A stretch of DNA of 64,000 nucleotides, taken from Octopus vulgaris (taxonomy: Eukaryota). The notes beneath the pieces were generated by a model. That model saw nothing but the letters and a program-made list of their open reading frames with translations, had not been told where the DNA came from and did no database searches. Made by a program: the position numbers and the translations under genes. Where the stretch lies: the NCBI GenBank assembly GCA_951406725.2, contig OX597826.1, forward strand, positions 14,260,001 through 14,324,000. The letters are read 5' to 3'. Shown here in pieces: positions 1 through 11,892 of the stretch (the first letter of the stretch is position 1; each line of letters starts with the position of its first letter).

Positions 1-171
1 CATATATACATATATACATATATAAATATACATATGTATATATATATATACATATATACATACATATATACATATATATATCTATATATGTATATACATA
101 CATATATATATATATATATATACGTGTATATATGTATATATATCAATATATATGCATATGTGTATATATAC

Positions 172-221
<50 letters not shown>

Positions 222-270
222 ACAGACGCCTACACACAAACACATAAACACATATATATATATATATAAA
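1..270. repeat. (TA)n/(TACA)n compound microsatellite
   Basis: Directly visible dinucleotide repeat. ORFs 34..219 and 82..273 are its translations. Confidence 0.97.
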
Positions 271-885
271 CACCTCGTGTCAGAATCCCTATTCCTCTAT
301 TAATTCCCATCAATCTAATGTTGAATGTTGCCATAGTTAATTCATCAATTTTGAGAATGATCACGCGGCTTCAAAGTTAATTATTTTAAAGACCCGCAAA
401 TTCCACCTCGGACGTTCGTACATCTGATGCTGTGTTATAATATTTAGTGGGGAGAGGTCATTCGATTTAATTTTTCTAAGTCGCTATTTTTATATTTCCT
501 CTGCAATTTATTGAATTTTTTATTGCACATTTGAATTTGGTGCTTTTCCAAACGCGGATATTGATATTTTACTATAAAGCAAATAAAACGAGAATATCTT
601 TCAGTTTTATAATCAGTTTTGCTTTTTGCAAACTAAATAATCTGAAATCAATCAACTAAACTGTTATCGTTAACTACTGATTCCTTTGATCTAAGGCATA
701 TGGTTCAGTTTAAGTTACAATGAAGCCCAGAGCTTAAGTCGTAACATAAGTTTGAAGACTTCTCGACGGATATTGCTTTTAAAAGTGTTAAATCCAATGC
801 AATATGGAACATAGTTTATTGTATAGACTTTCTGTTAAAAAGATCAATTATTTTTAAAACAAAAGCATAACGTACACATATAATA

Positions 886-1940
886 CAGGGCGTTCAGACT
901 AAATTTAACAGATTGCATGAATGGAAAAGAATACAACGTAAATCCTCGAGTATATTCCGCATTTTTTACCAAAATTTAAAGGTCACAATTCCTAGTGCGT
1001 ATAATACACGAGGTTAAAAATGAAAATTATTTTCTAAGCAATGTTCGAGTCTCTATTTGCTGTCCGGCAATGTTTATTCAAACGCATTTTGTGATGTCGG
1101 GCGCGAAAATACCTTAAGCTAAACTTGAAAGCAATGAAGTCTTAAAAGAATCATCCGTAACTTGTAGTAAGCAACATTTATTAAAAGTTATTATTGTTAT
1201 TTCTTTATTTTCTGCAAACAAAATGCACAAAAACGCTACACGTTATATATATGTTATATATACAATAAGGATAAAGTATGTTACCGTATACATTTTTACA
1301 AACCCAGGACGTTATATAGACCTCCTTAACTCAAGTTAGAGAAGGGGTGCGTATTATACACAAGGTTTAGATTTTTTATAGGTACAGCTCCCTAAAACTC
1401 CCCTGCGTATTATACTCAAGGATGGACTATACTCGAGGGTTTACGGTAATATCCCATCGAAATATAAATTCTTTTTTAAGAAAACAAGATATCAAGTAGA
1501 ATATGAGAGAGAGATAACAGTTTTCTGAAAGTAACCACTCTCAATTTTCACCACAGTATGAAAACAGCGAAGCAGCCAAGTGCATGCATTCCTCATTGTG
1601 TCCCTGGGAATATCCGAATACTTCCTTGATCTTTGTTACCAGCACCGGTTAAGTGTTGCGGGCAGTGCGATTGATGTCTTTCTCAACTGTGCTCCACAAA
1701 CTATTTCATAGGATTACAACAGGAGGGAGGGGTTGTGAGAAATTGCCGCTGGTGAAGTTGTTGAAATTCTCCGACAATCACTTCTGACCTTTTCCGGAGG
1801 TATGGCAAAGAGCCGATTCCTGCTGCCACATATACAGCCTTTCAGCAACAATCCTCTTCAGCCAGAGATTTACAGCAGTCTGCAGTTACTTCACATAGCC
1901 GTCTGAACTAAGCCTAGTATCCTGTTCAAAAATGGGGCGA
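886..1940 (-). mobile_element. Decayed Tc1/mariner-superfamily transposon (maT/DD37D-like), 3' part, interrupted by a MITE
   Basis: TA|CAGGGCGTTCAGAC terminus at 886. Minus strand of 1560-1935 reads PIFEQDTRLSSDGYVK*LQTAVNLWLKRIVAERLYMWQQESALCHTSGKGQK*LSENF...LWSTVEKDINRT, with WQQDSAPCH-type and W..VE motifs, stops and frameshifts. Confidence 0.7.
934..1446. mobile_element. Pogo/Tigger-like MITE (~513 bp)
   Basis: TIRs CGTAAATCCTCGAGTATA (left) and TATACTCGAGGGTTTACGG (right), flanked by TA. Three subterminal GCGTA(T/A)TATAC(A/T)C(G/A)AGG repeats. No ORF. Confidence 0.8.
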
Positions 1941-3690
1941 TGAATTCTTGCTGTCTCCTTTTCTGCTGCACGGACACTAAGAAGCCACCTTCTTAGTGTC
2001 CGTCGAGTTGGTCCACGTCTCGTCTTACATTCTTTCCAGCATTCACTGAACGTTGATCAGCGGCTTTGGTGCCGCCGTTTTCATACTCAATGCGATTCAT
2101 CATGATACAAGTAACCCTTTTCTAGTATTCAAATTACTTCCAGTCCTCTTGTCCAACTTTTTCTCAACTACAAATTTCATCTTTTTGCTCTCAAACGCCC
2201 ATGACTATCCAATAATGCCTCAAGCAGTTTCTCTAAAAAGGAGTCATAACAAGTCATCATATTTATCCCGAATATCGTATATAAATATTTAGCATAATTT
2301 CAGCTTAAATGGGTTTTGCTACCCACTTCCCTTTTTGCCCTATTACATATGTAGTAAAGACTTATCCCATATATGAGATTAGTGATAAGCATAAGAGGCT
2401 GGATTATCATTTGGAAACATAACCATTTTTCAGTTAAGTCACATGAACAGTGCTGGAGCACAGTAGAAGAAGAGGAAAAAACTCCATCAATGACCTTATA
2501 AAACAAAAGTTATACGACGAGAAAATATGGGTGTAATGAGTATAACTGTCTTTAAACAGGTACTGGTTTAAGATAGATATTGCTGATATTCTCAGCATAA
2601 TTGTAAAAATTACTGTGAAAAAGTTCACTTCATTATAATTCTAAGCACAACAAACTGAGAATAGGTGTTACATTCCTGAACGAATTACATTGAGGTGTAA
2701 AGCAATGAAAAAGATTCTATGCCGTCATACACTTCTTTCTGATCAGCTACAGCCGTATTAAACCAAAAATACGAGATGAAAAAGAACCTCCAAATCCCAT
2801 TAATATTGTAAGTTGGGATTACTTATCTGTGAACACACGTGATTATCACACGTTCATTTTTCTGTTCATAGGTGTACTTCATCTGGTTAGACGAGTCCTG
2901 GGGTTAATATAGACATCAGTAATTTATTAGAATGGACAGTGTTAGGCAATATACCTGTTGAATGTTTATTAAATCCGAACAAATTCTCTGAAAGATTTAT
3001 GGAAGGAAATAAAAATCTACTTAAATATATACATTATTGAATTACTTTATGAATATCCAGTATTTAGCTATATCCCTGGTGTGACTCATTCGATTATTTG
3101 ACATTACAATCTCTTATTGCTACATACATTATGTAATATGAAATACAATGCAAATAACGGTTAAAGTAATATGAAATAGAAGCATCGATGAGGCTATGTT
3201 GGTATTCTATGATAGCATAAAGTATAATATAAATTAGACGATGTTAATGACATGAGATTACCGTTACACTCATATAGTATTTCATTAATGCAGCTGCTTA
3301 GGGAAGTATTAAATATTTAAAATTTTTGAAATCAAATATTGTGCAGTGTTAAACATAAAAGACTACGACTAATTATCAGTTAAGTTTAACGGTAAATAGA
3401 TAATATTACACGTAATTTTATTACACTTATTAGTTTCAGGATATGTAGCGAAGTAAAGTGGTTCCTGGCAAGATTTTCTTAAGAAACTTGTATACATGTT
3501 GACACATTCTTTCATGGATAAATTCAGCAACAAGCAGAAATACTAAAGTAATTAACCATATCATATCGTAACACCTAGGTCGCTTATCATCAGATTATGA
3601 TAATAAATAGCATGTGTTTAATACAAAACATGGTAAATAGACGGGAATCTATTCTCGCACCCTTCTGCTTTTCATAACAAGTAGATGATC

Positions 3691-3925
3691 TATTTCTTTA
3701 CTACCCACAAGGGGCTAAACACAGAGGGAGACAAACAAGGACAGACAGAAAGATCAAGTCGATTGCATCGACCCCAGTGCGTAACTGGTATTTAATTTAT
3801 CTACCCCGAAAGGATGAAAGGCAAAGTCGACCTCGGCGGAATTTGAACTCAGAACGTAACGGCAGACAAAGTACGGTTACGCATTTCGCCCGGCGTGCTA
3901 ACGTTTCTGCCACCTCGACGGCTTT
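3691..3925 (-). mobile_element. tRNA-derived SINE, family A (Nin/Deu-like central domain)
   Basis: Reverse complement of the copies at 4381, 24140, 46560 and 47938. Perfect 16-bp TSD TAACAAGTAGATGATC at 3675-3690 and 3926-3941. Confidence 0.92.
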
Positions 3926-4380
3926 TAACAAGTAGATGATCATTAATATGTATTTATTACCATTCATTTCCGCTTCGTATACTGAGTCTGGCCGATAATA
4001 CTTGATAGAATTTCTGAAATCCAGAAACCTCTAAAATCAAAGGAAATTTTGAGCAACAGCATCATCACGAATGGAAATTCTGACGCTCTACTTTCTCCAA
4101 AAAAGGAAATGTGACGATGAAACTGGCATTAAATGAAAATGTACAACAGGAAAGCGATGTAAGGCCCATTTATGTGATTATCAAGCTGAATTGAAAAGAT
4201 AATATACGGGTTGGGTTCGGTAAAATCCAAGCGTTCCAAAATCGAAATTGTTATATTGGGGACGCTTTTCAATTAAAATCTATTTTATGTAGTACGTAAC
4301 TGTATTAATACCAAAATTTATTACCCCTTGTGGGTAATAAAGAAACACATACGTATGCGTATATTTAAAGAAAAAAAAAA

Positions 4381-4611
4381 GGCGGCAAGCTGGCAGATAC
4401 GTTACCACGCTGGACGAAATGCGTAGCCGTATTTCGTCTGCCGTTACGTTCTGAGTTCAAATTGCGCCGAGGTTGACTTTGCCGTTCATCCTTTCGGGGT
4501 CGATTAAATAAGTACCAGTTACGCACTGGGATCGATATAATTGACTTAATCCGTGTGTCTGTCCTTGTTTGTCCTCTTTGTGTTTAGCCCCTTGTGGGTA
4601 GTAAAGAAATA
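4381..4611 (+). mobile_element. tRNA-derived SINE, family A
   Basis: GGCGGC head, A-box-like TGGCAGA, B-box-like GAGTTCAAATT, central GCC.TTCATCCTTTCGGGGTCGAT.AAATAAGTACCAG, tail CCCCTTGTGGGTAGTAAAGAAATA. Confidence 0.92.
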
Positions 4612-4779
4612 TGTATTAATACCAAAATTATTTAAAACTATCACTACGGTTTAAGGTGTGTTGTTAAAGGAAAATAGACAACGAGTTTATATATCAATCC
4701 CAAACCCTACCTACCTAGAAATATATGGACTGAATAGCTCAACGACAGTGGGTTGCAGGTTTCATACACTTACCCAGGA

Positions 4780-4898
4780 GTATTTAAGTCGATTATATCG
4801 ACCCACTTTTTAACTGTACTTGTTTCAGAACTTAAGGACGGATGCAATACTCCTAAGCATTTCGACCGACGTGCTAACGCTTCTGCCAGCTTGCCGTC
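4780..4898 (-). mobile_element. Degenerate family A SINE fragment
   Basis: AAGTCGATTATATCGACCC...CGTGCTAACGCTTCTGCCAGCTTGCCG matches family A with internal deletions. Confidence 0.65.
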
Positions 4899-5199
4899 TT
4901 TTGTGCAAGATCAAAGTGAAGAAATATATATAATCCTTCTGAAATCCGAATCACACCTCGTCTCAAGCATATTCGATTGTAGGGCAAAATAGTGACCAGA
5001 AATTACTGTAAATAATTAATTGTAATTTAATAGATTTTAATAGCAACTGAGCATTGATGTACGTAGTAGATAAGTACGTACACCAATCCTCAGTTGCTGT
5101 TAAAATCTAGTAAAACATGATTCTGAGGAAATCAAAACAGTCATCACGATATATTCTTCCTGGAAACAAATTCATAATTATTGATTGTAACTCTCTGTT

Positions 5200-5359
5200 G
5201 GCGCAGCAGTGGTTGTGTGGTAAGTAGCTTGCTTACGCACCATATGGTTCTGGGTTCACTCCCACTGCGTGGAACCTTGGGTAAGTGTTTTCTATAGCCT
5301 CGCGTCGACCAAAGCCTTGTGAGTGGATTTCGTAGACGGAAACTGAAAGAAGGCCGTCG

Positions 5360-5392
<33 letters not shown>

Positions 5393-5607
5393 ATGTTTGT
5401 GTGTTTGTCTTTGTCCCCCCAACATCGCTTGACAACCGATGCTGGTGTTTTTACCTCCCCGTAACTAAGAGGTTCGGCAAAAGCAACCGATAGAATAACT
5501 ACTAGGCTTATAAATAATAAGTCCTGGGGTCGATGTGTTCGACTAAAGGCGGTGCTCCAGCATGGCCACAGTCACATGACTGAAACAAGTAAAAGAGTAA
5601 AAGAGTA
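5200..5607 (+). mobile_element. tRNA-derived SINE, family B (CORE-like motif, internal TA/TG microsatellite, AAAAGAGT tail)
   Basis: Same structure as the copies at 26480, 32479 and 49286: GGGTTCA B box, ACCTTGGG.AAGTGT motif, (TA)n(TG)n insert, GACTGAAACAAGTAAAAGAGTAAAAGAGTA end. Confidence 0.92.
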
Positions 5608-5878
5608 TCGACAGACATAGGTGCCGTATCGGAAGACATCAGCGATTTCCAATTTCGATCAGTGGTATCCTGTTGCATGTCGCTGGTTTATTGACAGATC
5701 ACTCTGCCTTTCTCCGGATTTATTGACATTGCTCGTGAAGCACACCACTTATTCAGTCTTTATAACTTGATAATAGATAACGTCCTCAGAAATCGTCCTA
5801 TTCAAGATACACAATACTTGTAATTACACTCGACAATACGCAACTCTCGGCTTTACACAGCTCACCGACTAAATATGT

Positions 5879-7118
5879 CTTTATTTTGGCGCCTACGGCT
5901 ATTCACACAGAGAGGACGGCACAAAGACAGACACAACAGTGGGGGACAAAAAACATAAAACGAATGAAACAATGAAAAAAATGTATAATGAAATCGATGA
6001 TGATGAAATGGCTGCATTGAGCCCCACTCTCAAGCAGTACCATTTCACTGTTAATTTATACAATTTTTGAAAGTTATCTTTTTTTCTTTTTGCATCTTTT
6101 TTCCCCATTTTTGAAAAGGTCTATTTCATTTTTTTCCTTTTAAAGGACTCCTTTATTATCATACATTAATGGTATTAATTGCTCGTATTTAATTACTTTT
6201 CGTAGTTCCCCAAATACAATTTCTTCCCCCAAATGGTTCACAACATCTTCAAATAGTTCTTTCAACCTTCTATACCTTTCTTTGTCAATCACCACATCCT
6301 AGAGTTGTTCCGGGTAACTTTCTGTTGGCAGCTTAATCCTTATGGTACCTTTAAACTTCGTTATTTTCCGCTCTATGGCGGTGTTTTTCACATATCTGAC
6401 TACATGACATTTTTTCTTATTCCCATTTACATGTTATGCTCCGGGCCTGGGCCGTCCGGCTAGTCGTTTCCCTCGGTTCCTCGATCTGTACATAAAAATT
6501 ATCGTCCACGATTATTTGTTCCATCCTATGTTACGATACCTCTGCTGGTGTATCTGACTGGTTCCATGGCACCTCCTCTATTTTCTCCTCTAAAGATAGA
6601 GATTGCCCCAGTAGATGCAATGGAGGGATTTTTACGTGACCTGAAACTACTATATTCTATACACGCGGAAGAAAATACGGCACAGTGGAGGTCAGTTTCT
6701 CCAACGAAGAGGACGCTATTAACCACTCCACTGAGCCGATAAGGACACAAGAGCGGATGCTGCTGCCGCCGCACTGTGGAAAACGTGTTGCCAGAGTCAC
6801 CTCCCCACCCCGAGATCGAAGAGGCATGGCTGGTGGCAGCGGTCATGCACGGAATGGAAGCAGATGCAAGAATTCTGAAGATAACCAGAACGAAGAAAGT
6901 TAATCTGAGAAGTTACGGCCTAGAGATGGCGACTCAAGTTGCGTTAATAGACCTATACAGAATTGTAAAAGACATTCTTCTACCAAAAGACATTACGTTA
7001 AGAATGGTAGTGGAGGGAAGACCTCTAACATGTATGTAATAATAACAGTGTGTAATTATTTAACTCGCGTTTAATGAAACCAACACCAAAACCAAAAACT
7101 TGTGAGGCGATTCTCTCT
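5879..7118 (-). mobile_element. ORF1-only non-LTR retroelement, copy 1 (internally inverted and deleted)
   Basis: 5879-6590 aligns directly with 7119-7830. 6591-7039 is the reverse complement of ~8030-8520. 7040-7118 matches the element 5' end at ~8862-8930. Confidence 0.85.
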
Positions 7119-8930
7119 TTATTTTGGCACTGCGGCCATTCACACAGAGGAGACAGCATAAGGACAGACACAGCAGTGGGGACAAAAAACATAAAACGAA
7201 TGAAAAGATGAAAAAAATTGTATAATGAAATCGATGAGGATGAAATGGCTGCATTGAGCCCCACTCTCAAGCAGTACCATTTCCCTGTTAATTTATATAA
7301 TTTTTGAAAAGTCTTTTTTTTTACCTTTTGGCATCTTTATTCCATCTTTTAAAAAGTCTATTTCCATTCTTTTTCTTTTAAAGGTCTCCTCTATTACCAT
7401 TCGTTAAAGGTATTAATTCTTCATATTTAAATAATTTTCGTAGTTCCTAAAATTCAATCTCTTCCCCCAAAGGTTTCACCTCAATTCCAAATAGTTCTTT
7501 CAATCTTCTATACCTTTCCTTGTCAATCACCACACCTTTGATGTGTTCCGGGTAACTTTCCGCTGACAGTTTAATCCTTATGGTACCTTTAAACTTCGTT
7601 ATTTTCCGCTCTATGGCAGTGCTTTTCACATATGTGACTACACGCCACTTTTTTCTTATTCCCATTCACTTGTTTATGCTCCGGATCTGGGCCGTCCGTC
7701 TGGTCGTTTCCCTTGATTCTTCCGTCTGTACATAAAAATAATCGTCCTTGATTATTTGTTCCATCCTATGTTGCGATGCCTCTGCTGGTATATCTGACTG
7801 GTTCCATGGGACCTCCTCTATTTTTTTTTCTATTTCCTTCATACTTTTTTTTTAGCTCTTTGGCGAGAGCTCACCCGCTCTTTTCTCTTTCGCCTAATAA
7901 CGACAGTAAGCGTCTCTTCTTTGTTTTCCTGTATTTCCTGTCCCTCCTCTTCGGTGGGATGTTCTCCGCGTGGTTGTTCCTCCATTTCACTTTCATGATG
8001 AGGATACTTTTTTCATGTGCCCTCTTTGTTTACATAAAAAACATTTTGGAGGTCTTCCTTTCACCACCACTCTTAATGTAATGTCTTTTGGTAGAAGAAT
8101 CTTTTCTACAAGTCTGTATAAATCTTTTAACGCAACTTCAATCGCCATCTATAGGCCGTAGCTCCGCCTATTAACTTTCTTCGTTTTGGTTATCTTCAAA
8201 ATCCTTGCATCTTCCTTCATTCCGTGCATGATTGCTGCCACAAGCTATACCTCTTCGATCTTGGTGGTGGTGGTGATGGTGGTGGTAGTGGACACTCTGC
8301 CGACTCTCACTCTGGCAACACGTTTTCCACAGTACGTCGGTAGCAGCAACCACTCTTGTGTCCTTATCGGCTCAGTAGAGTGGTTAATAGCGTCCTACTC
8401 GTTGGAGAACCCAACTTCCACTGTGCCGTATTTTCTTCCACGTGTATAGAAGGTGGTTAATCCTTTTACGTCACGTAGACAATCCTCAATTGCCTCGATT
8501 GGGGAAATCTCTACTTTTTTGATAGCGTTTTATAACGTCCTGTGCACAACCGTTTTCGTTGCTATATTCTTCATCGCTTCTTCTGGTGGGTTCAGTTTTA
8601 AACTGACCCCTTCCTTTTGTAACAGTTTGTTTCCTTTTTTCCCTTCCTTCGTGTCTATTTTTATCTCGTGAACCACAAGGGTGTTGGTCGAAATACCTTG
8701 TGTAGTTGCGGATGCGTAACTTGCGCCACGCTCCATTTCAGCTCCTTTCACCTCTTCACCTATAAATGGGAAAAAACAATCTCCAAAAAAGGCAAAAGCA
8801 ACGACAGAATTCAACAATTTAACAATTTAACGAATCTTGCTTCACCCAAGTGGGGAGACCTATAAACAGTTTAACTCACGTTCTAAAGTAACCAACACCA
8901 ACCTGCACAATTTGCGAGGCGATTCTCTCC
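7119..8930 (-). mobile_element. ORF1-only non-LTR retroelement, copy 2 (~1.8 kb, L1/Tx1-type ORF1 with zinc knuckle, decayed)
   Basis: Minus strand reads MERGASYASATT...RGRKYGTVEVGF...VVVKGRPPKCFLCKQRGHMKK (CX2CX4H knuckle), then a Lys/Arg-rich C-terminal part, a pyrimidine-rich 3' UTR and AATAAA. No EN or RT motifs seen. Confidence 0.8.
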
Positions 8931-11123
8931 CCACACTCTCTGCGCATGTCCATTTATATTGTGGTATAGTCCATTAGGAGCCAACCAAGTAGGCGTGTTC
9001 TACTTCCACTCAACAATTTGGAACAAAGTATAATTCATTATTTACTTTCTTTAAGTGGATTTATATTTTGGGCGTCAGTGGAAGTATTACATCTCTAAAA
9101 AATTATTCGTGCAATGTTTTCACAATTTATATTTGCTCGTGAAGTTATGTAACCTAGCAATATAATGGTAGTGGGACGAAATATGCGGGTTTTATCTCCA
9201 GCTGACGAAAAGGCTTCATTCAAATCCCCCCAATGACTCATGACAAAAAGTCACTATTATTAGTAATTTCGTTTATGGTAGTGTTTTTGTATTCGATTAA
9301 TCAAATCTATGACAGTTTGTATTACCAAACGACTAGCGATTTTATTTCTTTTATAAGCGCAATTACAGCCCTGGAGGCTATGTCACCAAATAAGATGGGA
9401 TTTGGCAATTTTATAATGTCCCAAAATGACGAAACTTTCTGGATTTTCAAATCATAAAAATTTCCATATTGAAGAATATTTATTTGAAATAACTGAAATT
9501 GCGAAAAAAAAAATCAATATATTATATAAACAGTTTTAACATAACTGAAGGAAACGTCACCGCTGAGATTTGTATAGCACACAGCTATTGGAGATTTCAT
9601 CATCCCTGTTCAAATTTTGACAAGAGAAAAGACATAATAATTTCAACGTTTTGTGTTTTACGAAAATGCCTGTAAAGGAAATGAAATGATGACAAATTAA
9701 CTTGTTATATCCTGAGTCCATTCAGTGATTAATTGTCTCACTCTGTCTTGAATTCTGAAACAAAATCCCGCAGTATAGAATTTCAATTTTAACTTTATAT
9801 CAACACCTCTTACAGTTGATAAAAAATACAAAACTCAAGTTCTAGTAACTGTTATACCTTGCTCTCAAAATTGACTGGTTTGAGGCAATTTGATTCTATC
9901 TTGAAAATATTTCTCTCTGTTCTTACAGAAATCGTTTTAAAGCTTAGTGTCTGCTATTTTTATTTGAAAAGTATTTGCTAAGCATAAACAATACACACAC
10001 AATGCACTGTCCTTCTAAAGACAGACGTCTACGACGGTATTCAGCATCGTCAATCGCCCTCAAATGCCCCTCTTCTCTTTAATAAAATATATTTCATAGT
10101 TTGTCCTTGGAGCTTGGTTAGAGTTAGATCTCTTTTGAACATTGCTAAAGTGGAACCAAAATCAACAGCTACGGTCCGTATATTTCTAACCCAACTCGTG
10201 TTGCACTAAAACGGATACTTAAAAATATTAAGATTTCTTTCTGCTAGAGCAATTCTTAAAGAAGACAGAAAAATATTCTACCATTCATTGTTCTCGCAAA
10301 AAAAAATGGTTTAACAAACGAATAATAGCATATGGTTGATGTGCTTTAACATCAAACAAGGCGCCAGCACTTTATTTCTTTTTTCAAAATATAAAGAAAA
10401 GAATTCCTACTGCAATCAAAATAGTAACATGTCAAAGAGTGAGGTGAATGGTTGTAAAAGTGCAGTTTATAGAATAACTGAGAATATTACATCAAAGTTT
10501 ATTATCAGTAAAAACCATATAATTCTTTATCCTTCATTACATAGTTTAGGCAGTTTACATGAGATTTCTGTACCAAGAAATTTCATGTTTCTACACAAAC
10601 ATACCCAGAGAAAGAAATAATCGCAAATACGCAGATTTACTCATACACACCACGTAACCATAAATTTTTTGACGAAATTCACTAAACATAAATATTCGGT
10701 GCATAATTCTAAAGAGATGTATACATATTCTAGTACACCTGCAAGGACGTAAGTGTACATAGGTACGTAGAAAAATACACACACACACACACACACATGT
10801 ACTCATACTTGCTCACTCACACAAGTCAGGAAATGAGATGACAAAGGAATAACTGATTATCTCATGAACTTCATTAGCTTACAGTTATTTCTTCTATAAT
10901 AAGCAGTGGTCTGATTGTTGAGTGCCTGAGTAACACCTCAGATAATCCCTTGTCATCACATTTTATTATTAACGCTCTGTACTCGACTAATATTCCTTGT
11001 CTCCCAATGAATGCCGAAGCGAAATATTAAGATGTATGCATAAATCTACGGATAACAGCAGGTAATCGAAAGTGTGCTGGTGCATTACTCATCATCTACC
11101 AATACATTTTGTATAATTTCTCC

Positions 11124-11423
<300 letters not shown>

Positions 11424-11859
11424 GCGACGAAACCGTTCTGCACGCACTCGTTCAGTGTCCAACAATTTCCGACCTGTGGGCTTGTGTCGAACAACTGCTG
11501 TCACGTGTGGGACGAGTCGGTTTATCAGCTGAGTCTATCGTCAATATTGTCACGCCTCCTTCCTTCAAACGGGAAGGAAGAGCTATTTTCATCATCCTTG
11601 TGGCTATGGCGAAAGAATGTATCTGGTGGACGCGTCTGAAAGGATTGGAGACAAACACTTTCCTCTCTGGTCAATCTCTCATCAACTTCTTCAAGTACCA
11701 CTTGAAAAGGAAAGTGAGAGTAGAGAGGCAAGTTTTGTCTAGCGAATGTTTTAAAAAAAGATGGGTGAATGTAGCAAGAATGGCACGTATGAATGACGAA
11801 GCCACCTTGAGCATAGTCCTATGAACCCAGAAATTGAAAACAGAGAGTTGCTTATTTGC

Positions 11860-11892
<33 letters not shown>

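Noticed and set aside
2300-2830. Overlapping hydrophobic minus-strand ORFs suggesting a membrane-protein pseudogene
   Set aside because: No family motif recognised, stops in all frames, and AT-rich DNA readily gives hydrophobic translations. BLASTX would settle it.
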